Source: Marsupella aquatica (lineage: Eukaryota; Plantae; Marchantiophyta). From it: 64,000 nucleotides of DNA. The notes under the pieces were generated by a model. It was not told the DNA's origin. It ran no database searches and saw only the letters and a program-made list of their open reading frames with translations. Location of the stretch: contig OZ316899.1 of NCBI GenBank assembly GCA_973895155.1, forward strand, positions 8,559,241 to 8,623,240. The letters are read 5' to 3'. Shown here piece after piece: positions 63,772 through 64,000 of the stretch. The first letter of the stretch is position 1, and each line of letters starts with the position of its first letter. The translations under genes and the position numbers were made by a program.

Positions 63772-64000
63772 TCAATGAATTAATGGGCCATGTGATAACC
63801 TGAAAAATGTGATTTATGTCTGACTTATTTGTCTCAACCACTATCATAGCCTATTTAGGATGTATAAATTACAACCCTTATCACACTGCTTCATACCAAT
63901 CCTATTTGAAAAATTCCTGTTTTACATGTCACGACTATTGTATGTGATTCAAATGCATGAAATGTTGTTGCAGATCTCCTTTGGTGAATCATAGCCACAA
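63772..64000 (+). repeat. Duplicated flank matching 28820-29048
   Basis: Nearly identical sequence continues beyond the CACTA TIR in both copies. Confidence 0.9.

Overview
Plant nuclear heterochromatin-like window (TTTAGGG repeats, spliceosomal introns, a plastid ndhA fragment). It consists almost entirely of nested transposons, and I see no intact host gene. The scaffold is a diverged CACTA remnant (1127-6817, 28820-30133), two near-identical copies of a CACTA family-1 element (8455-28819, 54049-63771), a complete 17.7-kb CACTA family-2 element (33984-51646, TSD GTC) sitting inside a Ty3/Gypsy gag, and two MITEs. The most striking object is an 11.26-kb Mutator-like element (10566-21821, 9-bp TSD confirmed by an empty-site paralog). 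It carries a GCM-like/DDE/SWIM transposase and, divergently, a three-exon gene of about 1100 aa that fuses a ParB/Srx-like domain to a prokaryotic-type beta-class N4C/N6A DNA-methyltransferase fold. Sixteen copies of the palindrome AGCGCCNGGCGCT lie in its introns, divergent promoter and flanks. The CACTA elements also carry chromatin cargo: a SET domain in family 1, and an EDM2-like triple PHD, a tandem BRCT and an F-box in family 2. All protein assignments come from motif recognition by eye, not database searches. Most copies here carry disabling lesions.
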